Origin: Macrostomum lignano
Lineage: Eukaryota
Length of the DNA: 64,000 bases
Direction of reading: 5' to 3'
Assembly (NCBI GenBank): GCA_002269645.1
Contig: NIVC01000029.1
Coordinates: 248,001-312,000 of the forward strand
Below the pieces are notes generated by a model. That model was not told the DNA's origin, ran no database searches, and saw nothing but the letters and a program-made list of their open reading frames with translations. Positions within the stretch are counted from its first letter, which is position 1, and every line of letters begins with the position of its first letter. Positions 1-12,674 of this stretch are shown here, in pieces. Position numbers and translations under genes: made by a program.

Positions 1-1019
1 TTCTTTGGAATCTTGTGCAGCAGTGCTTTGCGATTTAATTTAACCGATTTCTCCTTTGCTTTATCGCGTCATATAATTTTTGTCGCGTTTTTTACTTTAC
101 AAGCAGTAAATTTCTGTTCAGTAAAAAAAATCAATCTTGCTGTAAGAAATTGACTGCTGGATTCAATGTTTTACGGGTGAATTATTGTTATAGTGTAGTG
201 TAATTTACGGAATGATCACCCTTCCATTCAAACCAGCAGAAAATTCTAGAATAAAATTACAATTTTATTGACGATTTTCATTGCCGGTATGTTCAAACTC
301 AGCTGCAGGCATTGCTTTTTCACATGCACATATTGCACAAATTCGACTCCATAATTAAATTTTGTTCTCGATCGATCAATCGTGACGGGATCGGATCTTC
401 TAACACTATTCAAACGTGACATAAATATTTATCAGTTATGATTTAGTGGCACCTATTTTCAGATCCCTCATTACCCGTAAACTGGCCTCGATGACTCAGC
501 CACCTCTTTGCAGCACCCAGGATTCCCTTTTAGCCAATCACAGCACGGCAATTATCACTGGGTTGCCTAGCAGTGGAAGTCACGGGACATTTCACGTGAC
601 TCTCGGCTTATAAATACATGTCCATGCATGAGCCTTTTTATTTGACCCCGCTTTGATCAACTTGGCCCTCTGGTCAACCTGATCCACCCGGGCAAATCTC
701 AAGAGACTTTCCCCAATCGCCAAAGCGGGTATCCTCGACAAACAACCATAAGCCTCCGCCCTTGAATAACTTGCTCTAACACCGACACGGACGACATCGA
801 CGAACTCCGCTGAAGACAGCTCCCGTGACGGCGAAACGGCCCCTGGACTGTGAGGCGACCCCGGTCTGATTATTTAAGGCACATGCACTTTTGCTTTTTT
901 TGCTTTGCTGCTCTTTGGGCCCTAATTTTTAATTACCTCAATTTTTCTTTGCTAACCGACCGTGTTTTTATAGCGCGAGAATCACTCGATCGCCTGCCCT
1001 AAACATTTTCTAACGGAAA

Positions 1020-1095
1020 CCAGCTACAAAGGGGCGCCAGCTACAAAGGGGACGCCAGCTACAGAGTGGGCGCCAGCTACAGAGGGGCGCCAGCT
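1020..1095. repeat. Short ~17-bp tandem repeat (CCAGCTACARAGGGGCG x4) in a copy-1-specific ~140-bp segment
   Basis: Visible repeats; absent at the equivalent site of copy 2 (~10534). Confidence 0.8.
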
Positions 1096-1119
1096 GCACA
1101 AACGCATTAACTACAGAGG

Positions 1120-2033
1120 TTCCCTTCCGACTGATGCTGAAAGCTGGCTGCAACAAGTTGTTGCAGTTCTATACGACGGCTTCCTGCTGCGCAGACGCAT
1201 CAGTCGCCGCCACGGCGAAAAGCGCCTGAGCGTGCTTGGCTACGCCGACGACCTCGCCCTCCTGTCCTCGTCCGTTGAAGGCGCTCAGCGCCAGATCGTC
1301 AGACTGGTTGAGGTGGCATCGAGCGTCGGACTGGTTGTCAACACGCTAAAAACCGAGGTGCTGACTGTGCCGGCCGACATCCCAGCGGACCTAACATGCC
1401 GCGGTGCAGACGGGCAGACGACCAGGCTCGCACGCTGCCAGCGGTTCACCTACCTTGACGGTCTGGTGCCTCACGTGGACGAAAACCTCCGGCGGCACCG
1501 AGGACTTGCCTGGGCGGCCTTCCGTTTGATCCAGGCCGTCTTCCAGTCCAAAGCGCTGCCCGACCGCCAGAGGGCTCGGCTGTGACAGGCGGTGCTCGAA
1601 CCCGTCCTGCTCTACAAAGCCGAGACGTGGACGCTTACGGCTACGCTGGAACGGCAGCTGGACTCGGCGCACTCAGGGCTGCTCCGTGCGGCCTTTTGAG
1701 CTGACGAGAGCGTCGGGACCGAGGCCCTGAACAATCGGGCCAAGCTGCAGCGCCCCGTCCATCATCCTGCGTCGGCGGTGACTTCAACTGGCGGGCCACG
1801 AGATCTGGGCCTGTTCAGGACGTCCTGCTGCTCACCCTGCAGGGCCCGCTCAGGCGGAGTCAGGCCCGAACCCGTCGATACGTGGACTGCCTGCTGTGCG
1901 ACGCCAGGGCGCCCGACACTGCCAACGGGGCGGACTTCGTCCGCTCTCAGGCTCTGCGGCGCGCCATCTGACGCACCCTGCTCTGTGGCCTTGATTGCGG
2001 GGCTGTGTAATTTGTTGTTGTTTGTTGTTGTTT
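1120..2033 (+). mobile_element. 5'-truncated, degenerate non-LTR retrotransposon (RTE-like RT C-terminus), copy 1
   Basis: YADDLALL RT motif, then KTEVL, FTYL, AWAAF and VLLY.AETW-type motifs across frameshifts; ends in a (TTG)n-like tail at ~2011-2033. The 5' boundary is approximate. Confidence 0.85.
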
Positions 2034-2906
2034 TGCTGCAGTTGGTCGAAATCAAAGATCATGTATGGGACGTATCCTGAACTCGAAATTCACGCGTCGT
2101 CGACAAAAAGTCTAGCTTCCTTGCAACTTCTGAATGCTTGAAACTGAAGCCTCAGTGCAACCTTGTCAAGCCTCCAAATTTCATCAAGTTCGTTGGTTAC
2201 TGCATGGCCCCTTCACAAGCGGAGATTCTGGACCTTCAACAGGTGGCACAAGCTGTGACTACAGACATCTTATTGCAAATATCTCTGATATCTTCAACTA
2301 GTTACTTGAGAATCCTGCAGACGCCGTCGGCTAAGTTACAAGTACAGCCAGTGAATATCCGAGGGGAGGGGGGCAAACAAAATTTCAATGACGATTGTCG
2401 TTATACTACTTAATGCTCACATGAACAAATTGCCAATTGAGCTCATGATTACCAAAGGTGTGGTGATGAGTTACAATAAAGAGATAAAATGACTAATAAG
2501 TACATGTACAGTCAGTTTAAACCCACATCCGCTTTAAACAATTAACCGACGGCTTCACAAAAACGACAACGTGCATACACGAGCTATACCGTTTGCTGAT
2601 GTTTTATATTTAGTTGGTAGTTATTTAGGTGAGTATAGTTAAATATGGTGAGTCAACTTGTGACAGACGTGTATAATATCTGATTAAAAAATCCATTGGG
2701 TTCAATATTAACCGCTTAGTAAATTTGAGTACCTGTGATAAATTGTTATTTATTTGTTATTTGATTACTATTATATTAAGTTACTTAGATAAGTCTACAA
2801 AAAATTAATTTTGCTTTCTTCCCCGTGTGCAATATCGAATCAATGTTTTAAGAAAAAATCCGCGTCCAATCAATTGTCTATACAAATAGATTAATTGAAA
2901 TCATTC

Positions 2907-5900
2907 TTAAACCGATTTAGATACCAGAAATACTGCCACCAGAACGGGCATGAATGTCGTCACGACGTTGGCGTACACACCTTGAGCCGACTTCACCTCG
3001 ACAACAATTGGCTCGGTAGCCGCGTTCAGCCATTCTTCAACTGCTGCCTGTTCGCCAATTTTCTGCAGCGCTTCCGGTAGACGCTTCCGGCACTCGCCGT
3101 GGTACCAGTTAAGCCAGCGCAGCTGATCCGGGCTCAGCATCTCCTGTTTGATCAGCTTCCTCTCGAACGGCACCCAGGTAACCGGCTCAAACCGTAGAAA
3201 CTTGCCGGTGAGTTTGACTCCGCAAATTGTCTCAAGCCGAATTCCGAAGCCAAGAACTCCGGCCGCCTCGCGTTGATAAAAGCCCGGCTCAATTGACTGA
3301 AAATTGCCCTCCTCGAGCGGATAGTCCCGCCCGATTCCGTTGGGTCCTTCGTGCACCCCTAGGAACAGCCCGATGCCATGTCCGGTGCCGTGGGCGTAGT
3401 CTTTCAGCACTGACCAGAGGTTGTGACGCGCAAACGGGTCCACGTGACGCGTGGTCAGGTGGCTGGGCCACGTCAGATTGAACAAGTCGATAACGCCCAT
3501 GAGTACTCGAGTGTATGCGTCGCGAACCTCGTCAACCGGTTGATCTCCGTAGTACAATGTCCTGGTGACGTCGGTAGTGCAGCCGAGGTAGTGGCCGCCA
3601 GAATCCAATAAAAAAGCCTCGGACTTGGTTATGGACCGATCGGTGCTCTCAGTCGGTCTGTAGTGGATAACGGCGGCGTTTGGGCCGGAGGCGGCAATAG
3701 TAGTGAAGCTGAGGCCGCGGAACTCCGGTATCTTGGCTCGGTAGTTGGCTAGAAGCGCACTGGCCGACAGCTCCGTCATTGCCACATTGTTCGCCATGCG
3801 ATGCCGCATCTGATTAAGAAAAGCTACCAGAGCAGCCGAGTCCATCAACGAGCAGTCCTTGAAGGCCACTTGTTCTGCCGAATTCTTCACGGCCTTCGCT
3901 TTCTGGACTGGAGTGGATTTAGAAATTATGGCAGCTTTTGACAGCGCGGATTGGACGGCGTAGGAGCAGCTGGCGGCGTCAAGCCAAACTCTGCTGGTGT
4001 TTGTGAGCAGCTGGTTGGCTACCGGGCTCAGCTCCGTCATGCGCTTCAGTTCGATGCAAAGCTGCGCGCCAGCCTCGCATGTTCCGTCGCTATTCAGACT
4101 GAGATGCTTGCGCAGTGACTCGTTGCCATAGAAATAGGCCGTTCATCAACGAAAACGAGCGCCTTGTCAGCGGAAAGCAGCACGAGGCTTGGGAAGTAGG
4201 GGAAATTTGCCACCACAGTGGCTCTCAGATTCAACAGGTAGGCAGTTTCGTCCAGGCCTGTCACAACCAGGAAGTCGGCTTTGTCTGATCCGATTCCCAG
4301 GGCCTCAGAGCGCATCTGAGCGACCTTGGCCTGCCAGGTCTTTCCAGTATAAGTCATTGCCAGCGGATAAATGTCCTGCTTGATGGGCTCAGGACGATTC
4401 TCCACCCAGATTTCATCGACAAGATTTTTCTGCAGCGGTACCAGCTTAACAGAGGCATTATTCAACAGATTCTCGTAATCTCTGGCTCGAATCTCTCTTG
4501 CATCGACGGCTAGCGAAACACTGGTGCCGTTGTAGGCGTTCACCCATCGATCTGTTGACAATGAATCGAAGAATTTCCAATCGCAGTCCAACTCTTGATC
4601 GGCTTGCACGGTGTAGCGAGTGTCCGTGAATAGATAGGCTTCGGTTTGACTGACCAGTATCTGGCCTGAAATAAAATTGAAAAAACTGATTTATTACTAC
4701 GAGTTATGCCAACGTTACAGACGTGTCCGACTACGTCGATAGTCAATGAAAAATTGGTGACGTGAAAAATCTTATGCCTAATTTTTTTTTTTTTACCTAC
4801 TTTTTGTCGTCTTAACCAATCTAAATATACTAAATCTTCTACTATACTAAAAATGATCTTGTACTAATACTCTAAACGTCGGATGGATGTGTGGGTATTG
4901 TTTTATTCCTACGCATGTATGCTCCGTATGTGTAAGATGCTTTTTAGGCTTTTTTGCACTTCGTCAAACATGTCTGCTGGCTGACACTAGCGGCTCCGCC
5001 AATACCTTCGCACCAAGCTAGCAGCACCGGGCACGCAAGGTAAGGCCTTGCGTGTCTAGCTTAAGATGCTAGCTTAAGAAGTCCCTGGTTCGCACCCAGG
5101 TCAAGAGACAGGCTCTGTGACGGTCAGGGGCGTCGCCATGTATTTTGTGGTGAGGGGGACAAAACCAAGAATTCAACATGTACATGACGAAGGTCCTACA
5201 TTTCCAATTGTTTTGATAATCGTGCTGTCAGCGCTTACTTTAGCGTCGCAGGCACTCATTTTGGCACCGAAGGCGCTATATTTTGGCACACTGAAGAAAA
5301 ATTATTTATTACCACAATGGGTCACAAGGTGGGAGGGGAGACAAAGCATTGGCATGTCCCCCCATAGCTTTTACTGGGGGGGGGGACATATCCCTCCTGT
5401 CCTCCCAGTGGCGACGCGCCTGGTGACGCTTCTCACTTTGGATTGAACGTTCTGCTCGTGTTGTCGGAAATAGTTTTGTTGATAATAAACGTGTTGTCGG
5501 CTAACACTCCCATTTGCGTGCAGTATATACTCGTTCATTTCTTCCAAGTGACTGAGATTAACAGAATTTTTAACATGTGTCGATGTTAAAAAAAGTTCTC
5601 ATGGAATGTCAGCTAAAAGAACAATAGCCCTGTCAGTGATCAGAGTATCAATCAATCTATACAATAACAAGTCATTTTGAAATAAGGATTACCACTAGAT
5701 CCCGTGAATCCGCTTAGCCATGACCGGTACTGTTCGCTTGGCTGAGGCGCCGATAGCATTCTATTGAGTCCGGTGACCAGGTACCAATCGATGCCTGGAG
5801 CAGTCTCTTGCGCCATGCGATTGCGCAACATCCGCAACCGTTCGGTCGAGTTGAACCGGTTTGGCGGCGGCGTCACTCCGGGCTCGCACAGAGGACGATG

Positions 5901-5981
5901 CGTTGGCGGAGGTGCCGCCGCCCTCGCTGCAACCAGAGCAACCAGAGAGCAGAGCAGCAGTAAACTGCAGAGGCGCTTCAT
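2907..5981 (-). pseudogene. Xaa-Pro aminopeptidase (M24B), frameshifted copy; exons 5981-5693 and 4665-2907
   Basis: Very similar to the intact copy, but has a net 1-nt loss at ~4141 (GGCCGTTCATC vs GGCCGGGTCATC) giving a stop at 4094, plus a 27-nt in-frame deletion at ~3322. Confidence 0.85.
5125..5422 (+). mobile_element. hAT-type MITE, complete, 298 bp
   Basis: Terminal inverted repeats CAGGGGCGTCGCCA / TGGCGACGCGCCTG; 8-bp target duplication GTGACGGT (5117-5124) / GTGACGCT (5423-5430). Confidence 0.88.
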
Positions 5982-7196
5982 GATCGCAGGTTTGTGACTA
6001 TTACAGCAACTATCGGCAGTAGAAAGTGGCACGAGTCGAGTTTCTTAAATGCAAGTTTTTATCTACGTATAGAAAGCCTTTCTCTTATAACCTTATAACC
6101 TAACCTTTTAATAGAGTTCGGTTTGCAAGCCAATGACTATAGCTGGTTGCTACGTGTAGTTAATATGCATATATTCAGCTCTGGCCAATGTATCAGAAAT
6201 GCGTCATTTTCACTGCGTTATCAGCTCCGATCCATGCTGACATTTTCAGTTAAAAATGTCGCCCTATTTATACATGTATTAATACAACACACACGGTCGA
6301 GCTGCATGCCTTTAGAAGACAGTTTTCAAAGGCTCACGTGCTACAGTTGCAGTAGCACGCTGGGACTCGATACGCTCGTAGTGTATTTATAAAACTTGGT
6401 GACTGATGCGAGCCTTAGGTTAAATCGATGGTTCTGTTCTCAGCTACATGTGATATACCTGTCTGGGTAATGTGTTTGCAAGTACATGAATTAAGTTATG
6501 TAATAGCTATTACACTGCTGACGCAGATGATAACAGTATTACGTACGTACTAACATAATACCCCGATATCTAACACGAGGCTACGTCACGCACTCATGAA
6601 GCTGCAGTAATCTTCTATGAAATTCGATCTATGGGTGGAATAATATGGCTTTTGTTATTTCGACTGTTAACACGCTAAAGTTATGAATATATCCCGAGCT
6701 AAAGAGTTAAGGTGCCGATGATGAACTGATATGGTATGCTGATCGGCATTCATTGGTACCAAGGGGCAGTCGCTGAGATGCTGATGCTACCATGCAGGGC
6801 GGAAACTGAAACTGTTTTAGGCAAAAATTGCTTGATATCCGCTCGTATCCCGGGGATCAATAACTACCTTTCCGGTTTAAGCATCTTAATTGCAGAAAAT
6901 CAACAATAGTTAACGACTTTAGTTAACCAAAATCTATTTTTAGTAGGTAAGTATTTATTACTTTATACGGTGCAATCCCCACCTCCCCAAAGGGGGTTAC
7001 GATTACTATAGTCCCATTTACTAAAGTTTCTGTTAAAAACTTTAAACACGGGCTAAAATTTTTTGCACAACTTCTCAAACAACAATCTACAGTATAACAG
7101 CATATTCTACAGTTATGCAAGGTCGGTTTATTGTGTATTCAATACACCCCAGTGCACCAATCAGCACCTTGTCAATAAAGCCTCCATATTTCAAGG

Positions 7197-7462
7197 TCGG
7201 GGGTTCGATTCCCGATCCCACTCGGAACAATTTGTGTCATTGAGCAAGACACTTAACTCTGCAATGTCTGCATTGCTTCAGTTCAGCCAGCTGTAAAATG
7301 GGTGCCAGCATTAGCCGGGGTAATTATTGAGGGTGTGTGGCGACCACCCAGTCCTTGGACTGAACAGCCGTACGCTCCCTTCAGATGCGCCGCGCAATAG
7401 CTGCGGCTGAGCTGTCGGTTGCACATCTGGCCAATGGATGTGTAATCAATTATTATTATTTG
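7197..7462 (+). mobile_element. tRNA-derived SINE with CORE (MIR-like) domain, 5'-truncated, copy 1
   Basis: B-box GGTTCGATTCCC, then TTGAGCAAGACACTTAAC...CTGTAAAATGGG resembling the CORE consensus; (TTA)n-like tail. Confidence 0.7.
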
Positions 7463-10400
7463 TTAAAATGGCATCAAACTGTTGCTTTTCATACTCGTAT
7501 TTAAGGAATTAAGATCTAACAATGGAATTCTGACCAAATGCTGATTTTGATTGTGTGGCCATATATAAAGGCAGTACATCGAATAAGATACGTCGAATTT
7601 AAGAAAGAATTAATCATTTTCGTATAATTTGTTCAAATGAGAAAAGCTAGTTAAAATTTTAATTTATCAGCGAGAAGATAAATTGAAATATGAAAACAGA
7701 ATATTAAGGCTACATAGCAAAATAGCTGAATATAAAAGACTTTTGCAAGCGGGTTGCTTAATTATCAGTAAAAGCACGCCCAAACAAAAAATGATACACA
7801 TGTCCGCAGCATGCCTACTAAATAAGTAGTCTGTTAATAAGCCAAGCATTCCGAGATAAAAACAAACAAAAAAGGATTGTGATAAAATGTAAGAAACTAG
7901 GAAATTGGTTTGCGGAAGCTTAACTAAAATGTGTGCGGACAGAGAGTGATTTACGAGTAATAGGAAGCAAATCGAGAGCAGAGATCATCGGTTAAAATTA
8001 GCTTGAAAGCAGCGAAAGATTACGAGTAGATTGGTTTTAAAAACCCTAAAAATTACAGAAAATTTTCAGCGCATGAAATTTCAAACATTTTGTCACAGAT
8101 AGAATAACTAGATGAGCCACTCAGCAGATTTGCGTGCAAGCTACTTTCAGTTCAGTAGTATGTTAAACAGAAGCATTTTAATGCATTTTTAAAAACAAGG
8201 CTCATTTACTGGCTCTCACCCCCCTAGCTTAAACCCTCCAACCCCGCCTTTCCACGCACAACCTCCGCCCCAATTTTTATTGCCTTCTCGGAATTCCAGC
8301 CTAAAGCTGCCATGTACATTTCAGTGGACTGGCTAATGTACATCATTGCTGAACCAATTAGCAAGTTGTTTACGCCTGCACTTAGCTTCTAAACTTAATA
8401 GGCATTTAAGCTGCCTTTACTTTTATAAAATAGCTTATGTGTTCTTGTTTGCTACTGAACTGAAAGTAGAAAGCCGCTTTACTAAGTATATGTGCCTGAG
8501 TGGCCCATTTAGTTCTTTTAGTATCTGTGTGCATTTTGTGAACAACATTAAAGTGCATTGAGTCAATCAAATTTCTTCTAATATCACTGATAACTGGGAT
8601 TTTCAAAAAGCAGCGCTAATTATTGCGAAGTCTTTAAGTCTAAATTCTAGTTTCGTTTGCAAAATTTTCGATGTTAGCCTTCGATCTTTAGATATGTAAC
8701 ACTCTAGAAAAGACCAAAGTTTGCAAGATTTTGCTAGGAAAACGCATTAAAACATTTATTATAAATCTTATAGTTTCTTCCGTATTTTAGGCACAATAAA
8801 AGCATCCATAGAAAATTTTATGCAATTACAATTGATGTAATAGCTAGGTAGCAGCAAGGACAACTGAAGTTACGTTATATATAGGACGCGACACTCAGCT
8901 TTCGTGGAAATTTATTTGGAGGCCCGTAAACCGTATAAAGTTCTACGTACATAAGCCTAGGATTCGACCGCTACAAATAGAGCACAGGACTGTGTGTGTT
9001 GTAATAAACCATTCAGGTTTTCATTTCTTACTAAACTTGATAAGCTGACTTCACCTACTAATTAAAATAATTATACCACGTTCCTTTAATGGCCAATAAC
9101 AATATGCATTTTTTAATTTGGATTTGTGAAATATTGGTTTTCTTGTTTTCTTTTTTGCTGACAAACAATGTTTCTTTATATCACAAATGTCAACAAGAGA
9201 CCATGTTTACAAAGCAAATTTTTTATACTTATTATAGATCCAGATCCAGGTCCTTCAGGTAAATTTCTGCTTCGTCGCAGATGCTTTGTCGAGTTTGCTA
9301 TTGTTTTTCATCAGTTTTTTTGTTTTCCGTTTTGTCTCACTCTAACGCAAGCCAAAAATTTATTCACTTTTTTGATACTCGTAATAATAAACCAATGGCA
9401 TTTACTGACAGTGAAATTTTCTAAAATACATAAACTGTTTTATTTTACACTTGCTTAATGAGATTATTAGTTTACAAACTAAAAAATAGTTTTCGCAATT
9501 GACCAGGAATTGTGACAGGAATTGTAAATTTTAAATTGCACGAAATTGCGTTGTTTTCACTCTACTTAACTGTACGCTGCTTATACATGTAGTCTACTAT
9601 TTTATTACTGACATTTTAACGAAAAACAAAATTCTGGACCTAACACCGAAAGAATTAGCTTTCTACGTGCAACTAGTCGAAAATTACATATATGTGAAGA
9701 CCAGGCCTCCAAAAAAAATTACACGATACGCGAGTGTTGCGTCCTACTACTTCAGTTTTCCTTGGGTAGTAGACTGTCCTTAACTTGTTCATGCTGTTCA
9801 TGCATGTGCATGTCTACCCAATGTCTGATCACCCTTCCATTCAAACCAGCAGAAAATTCTAGAATAAAATTACAATTTTATTGACGATTTTCATTGCCGG
9901 TATGTTCAAACTCAGCTGCAGGCATTGCTTTTTCACATGCACATATTGCACAAATTCGACTCCATAATTAAATTTTGTTCTCGATCGATCAATCGTGACG
10001 GGATCGGATCTTCTAACACTATTCAAACGTGACATAAATATTTGTGGCACCTTTTTGCAGATCCCTCATTACCAGTAAACTGACCTCGATGACTCACCCA
10101 CCCGGATCCCCTTTTAGCCAATCACAGCACGGCAACTATCACTGGTTTGCCTAGCAGTGGAAGTCACGTGACATTTTACGCGACTCTCGGGCTTAAAAAC
10201 ACAGGTCCATGCATGAGCCTTTTTATTTGACCCCGCTTTGATCAACTTGGCCCTCCGGTCAACCTGATCCACCCGGGCAAATCTCAAGAGACATTCCCCA
10301 ATCTCAAAAGCGGGTATCCTTGACAAACAACTATACGCCTCCGCCCTTGAAGAACTTGCTCTAACACCGACACGGACGACATCGACGAACTCCGCTGAAG

Positions 10401-10559
10401 ACAGCTCCCGTGACGGCGAAACGGCCCCTGGACTGTGAGGCGACGCCGGTCTGATTATAAGGCACATGCACTTTTGCTTTTTGCTTTGCTGCTCTTTGGG
10501 CCCTAATTTTTAATTACCTCAATTTTTCTTTGCTAGCTGCACAAACGCATTAACTACAG

Positions 10560-11592
10560 AGGTTCCCTTCCGACTGATGCTGAAAGCTGGCTGCAACAAG
10601 TTGTTGCAGTTCTATACGACGGCTTCCTGCTGCGCAGACGCATCAGTCGCCGTCACGGCGAAAAGCGCCTGAGCGTGCTTTGGCAACGCCGACGACCTCG
10701 CCCTCCTGTCCTCGTCCGTTGAAGGCGCTCAGCGCCAGATCGTCAGACTGGTTGAGGTGGCATCGAGCGTCGGACTGGTTGTCAACACGCTAAAAACCGA
10801 GGTGCTGACTGTGCCGGCCGACATCCCAGCGGACCTAACATGCCGCGGTGCAGACGGGCAGACGACCAGGCTCGCACGCTGCCAGCGGTTCACCTACCTT
10901 GACGGTCTGGTGCCTCACGAGGACGAAAACCTCCGGCGGCGCCGAGAACTTGCCTGGGCGGCCTTCAGTTCGATCCGGGCCGTCGTCCAGTCCGAAGCGC
11001 TGCCCGACCGCCAGAGGGCTCGGCTGTGACAGACGGTGCTCGAAACCGTCCTGCTCTACAACGCCGACACGTGGACGCTGACGGCTACGCTGGAGCGGCA
11101 GCCGGACTCGGCGCACTCAGGGCTGCTCCGTGCGGCCTTTCGAGCGTCGGGACGACGCCGGGATGCCGTCGAGACGTCAACGACGACGACGACGATCGTC
11201 GACGACGACGTCGGGATGACGTCGAGACGTCAACGACGACGACGACGATCGTCGACGACGACGTCGGGATGACGTCGAGAGCGTCGGGACGATCGGGCCA
11301 AGCTGCAGCGCCCCGTCCATCATCCTGCGCTGGCGGTGACTTCAACTGGCGGGCCACGAGATCTGGGCCTGTTCAGGACGTCCTGCTGCTCACCCTGCAG
11401 GGCCCGCTCAGGCAGAGTCAGACCCGAACCCGTCGATACGTGGACTGCCTGTTGTGCGACGCCGGGGCGCCCGACACTGCCAACGGGGCGGACTTCGTCC
11501 GCTCTCAGGCTCTGCGGCACGCCATCTGACGCACCCTGCTCTGTGGCCTTGATTGCGGGGCTGCATAATTTGTTGTTGTTTGTTGTTGTTTT
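10560..11592 (+). mobile_element. 5'-truncated, degenerate non-LTR retrotransposon (RTE-like), copy 2
   Basis: Same sequence as 1120-2033 with an extra frameshift near the YADD codons and an internal CpG-rich insert at 11154-11278. Confidence 0.85.
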
Positions 11593-12674
11593 GCTTCAGT
11601 TGGTCAAAATCAAAGATCATGTATGGGACCTATCCTGAACTCGAAATTCACGCGTCTTCGACAAAAAGTCTAGCTTCCTTGCAACTTCTGAATGCTTGAA
11701 ACTTAAACAAATTCAACGATTCGCTGCTTTGCACTGCACACAAAGTTCAAGAACACGGGCTACCATGGCTCTTTGTTTCGTACCTTTTCAAACAAAAATC
11801 AGGTCGACTGCTCTCTGGACCGTCGAGAATTTCAAAAATTGTGTTAGAAGGTCAATTTTTTTCACAAGCGCTAGCCAGTGTATTTAGTACACCCCTGTGC
11901 GCCAATCAGCACTGCGCCTCAGTGCAACCTTAGTCAAGCCTCCAAATTTCATCAACTTCTTTGGTTACTGCATGGCCCCTTCACAAGCGGAGATTCTGGA
12001 CCTTCAACAGGTGGCACCAGCTGTGACTACAGACATCTTATTGCAAATATCTCTGGTATCTTCAACTGGTTACTTGAGTATCCTGCAGACGCCGTCGGCT
12101 AAGTTACAAGTACAGCCAGTGAATATCCGAGGGGAGGGGGGCAAACAAAATTTCAATGACGATTGTCGTTATACTACTTAATGCTCACATGAACAAATTG
12201 CCAATTGAGCTCATGATTACCAAAGGTGTGGTGATGAGTTACAATAAAGAGATAAAATGACTAATAAGTACATGTACAGTCAGTTTAAACCCACATCCGC
12301 TTTAAAAAATTAACCGACGGCTTCACAAAAACGACAACGTGCATACACGAGCTATACCGTTTGCTGATGTTTTATATTTAGTTGGTAGTTATTTAGGTGA
12401 GTATAGTTAAATATGGTGAGTCAACTTGTGACAGACGTGTATAATATCTGATTAAAAAATCCATTGGGTTCAATATTAACCGCTTAGTAAATTTGAGTAC
12501 CTGTGATAAATTGTTATTTATTTGTTATTTGATTACTATTATATTAAGTTACTTAGATAAGTCTACAAAAAATTAATTTTGCTTTCTTCCCCGTGTGCAA
12601 TATCGAATCAATGTTTTAAGAAAAAATCCGCGTCCAATCAATTGTCTATACAAATAGATTAATTGAAATCATTC

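Larger units (their letters stand above)
213..8676. repeat. Tandem segmental duplication, copy 1
   Basis: Near-identical to 9826-19792 from TGATCACCCTTCCATTCAAACC (213 / 9826) to TTTTCGATGTTAGCC (~8676 / ~19792), apart from indels. Confidence 0.95.

Noticed and set aside
2895-4746. Small ORFs overlapping the aminopeptidase (also 12663-14542)
   Set aside because: Alternative-frame or antisense shadows of a GC-rich coding exon.
8677-9825. Unique spacer between the duplication units, including ORF 9168-9458
   Set aside because: AT-rich, with no motif or splice-consistent exon.
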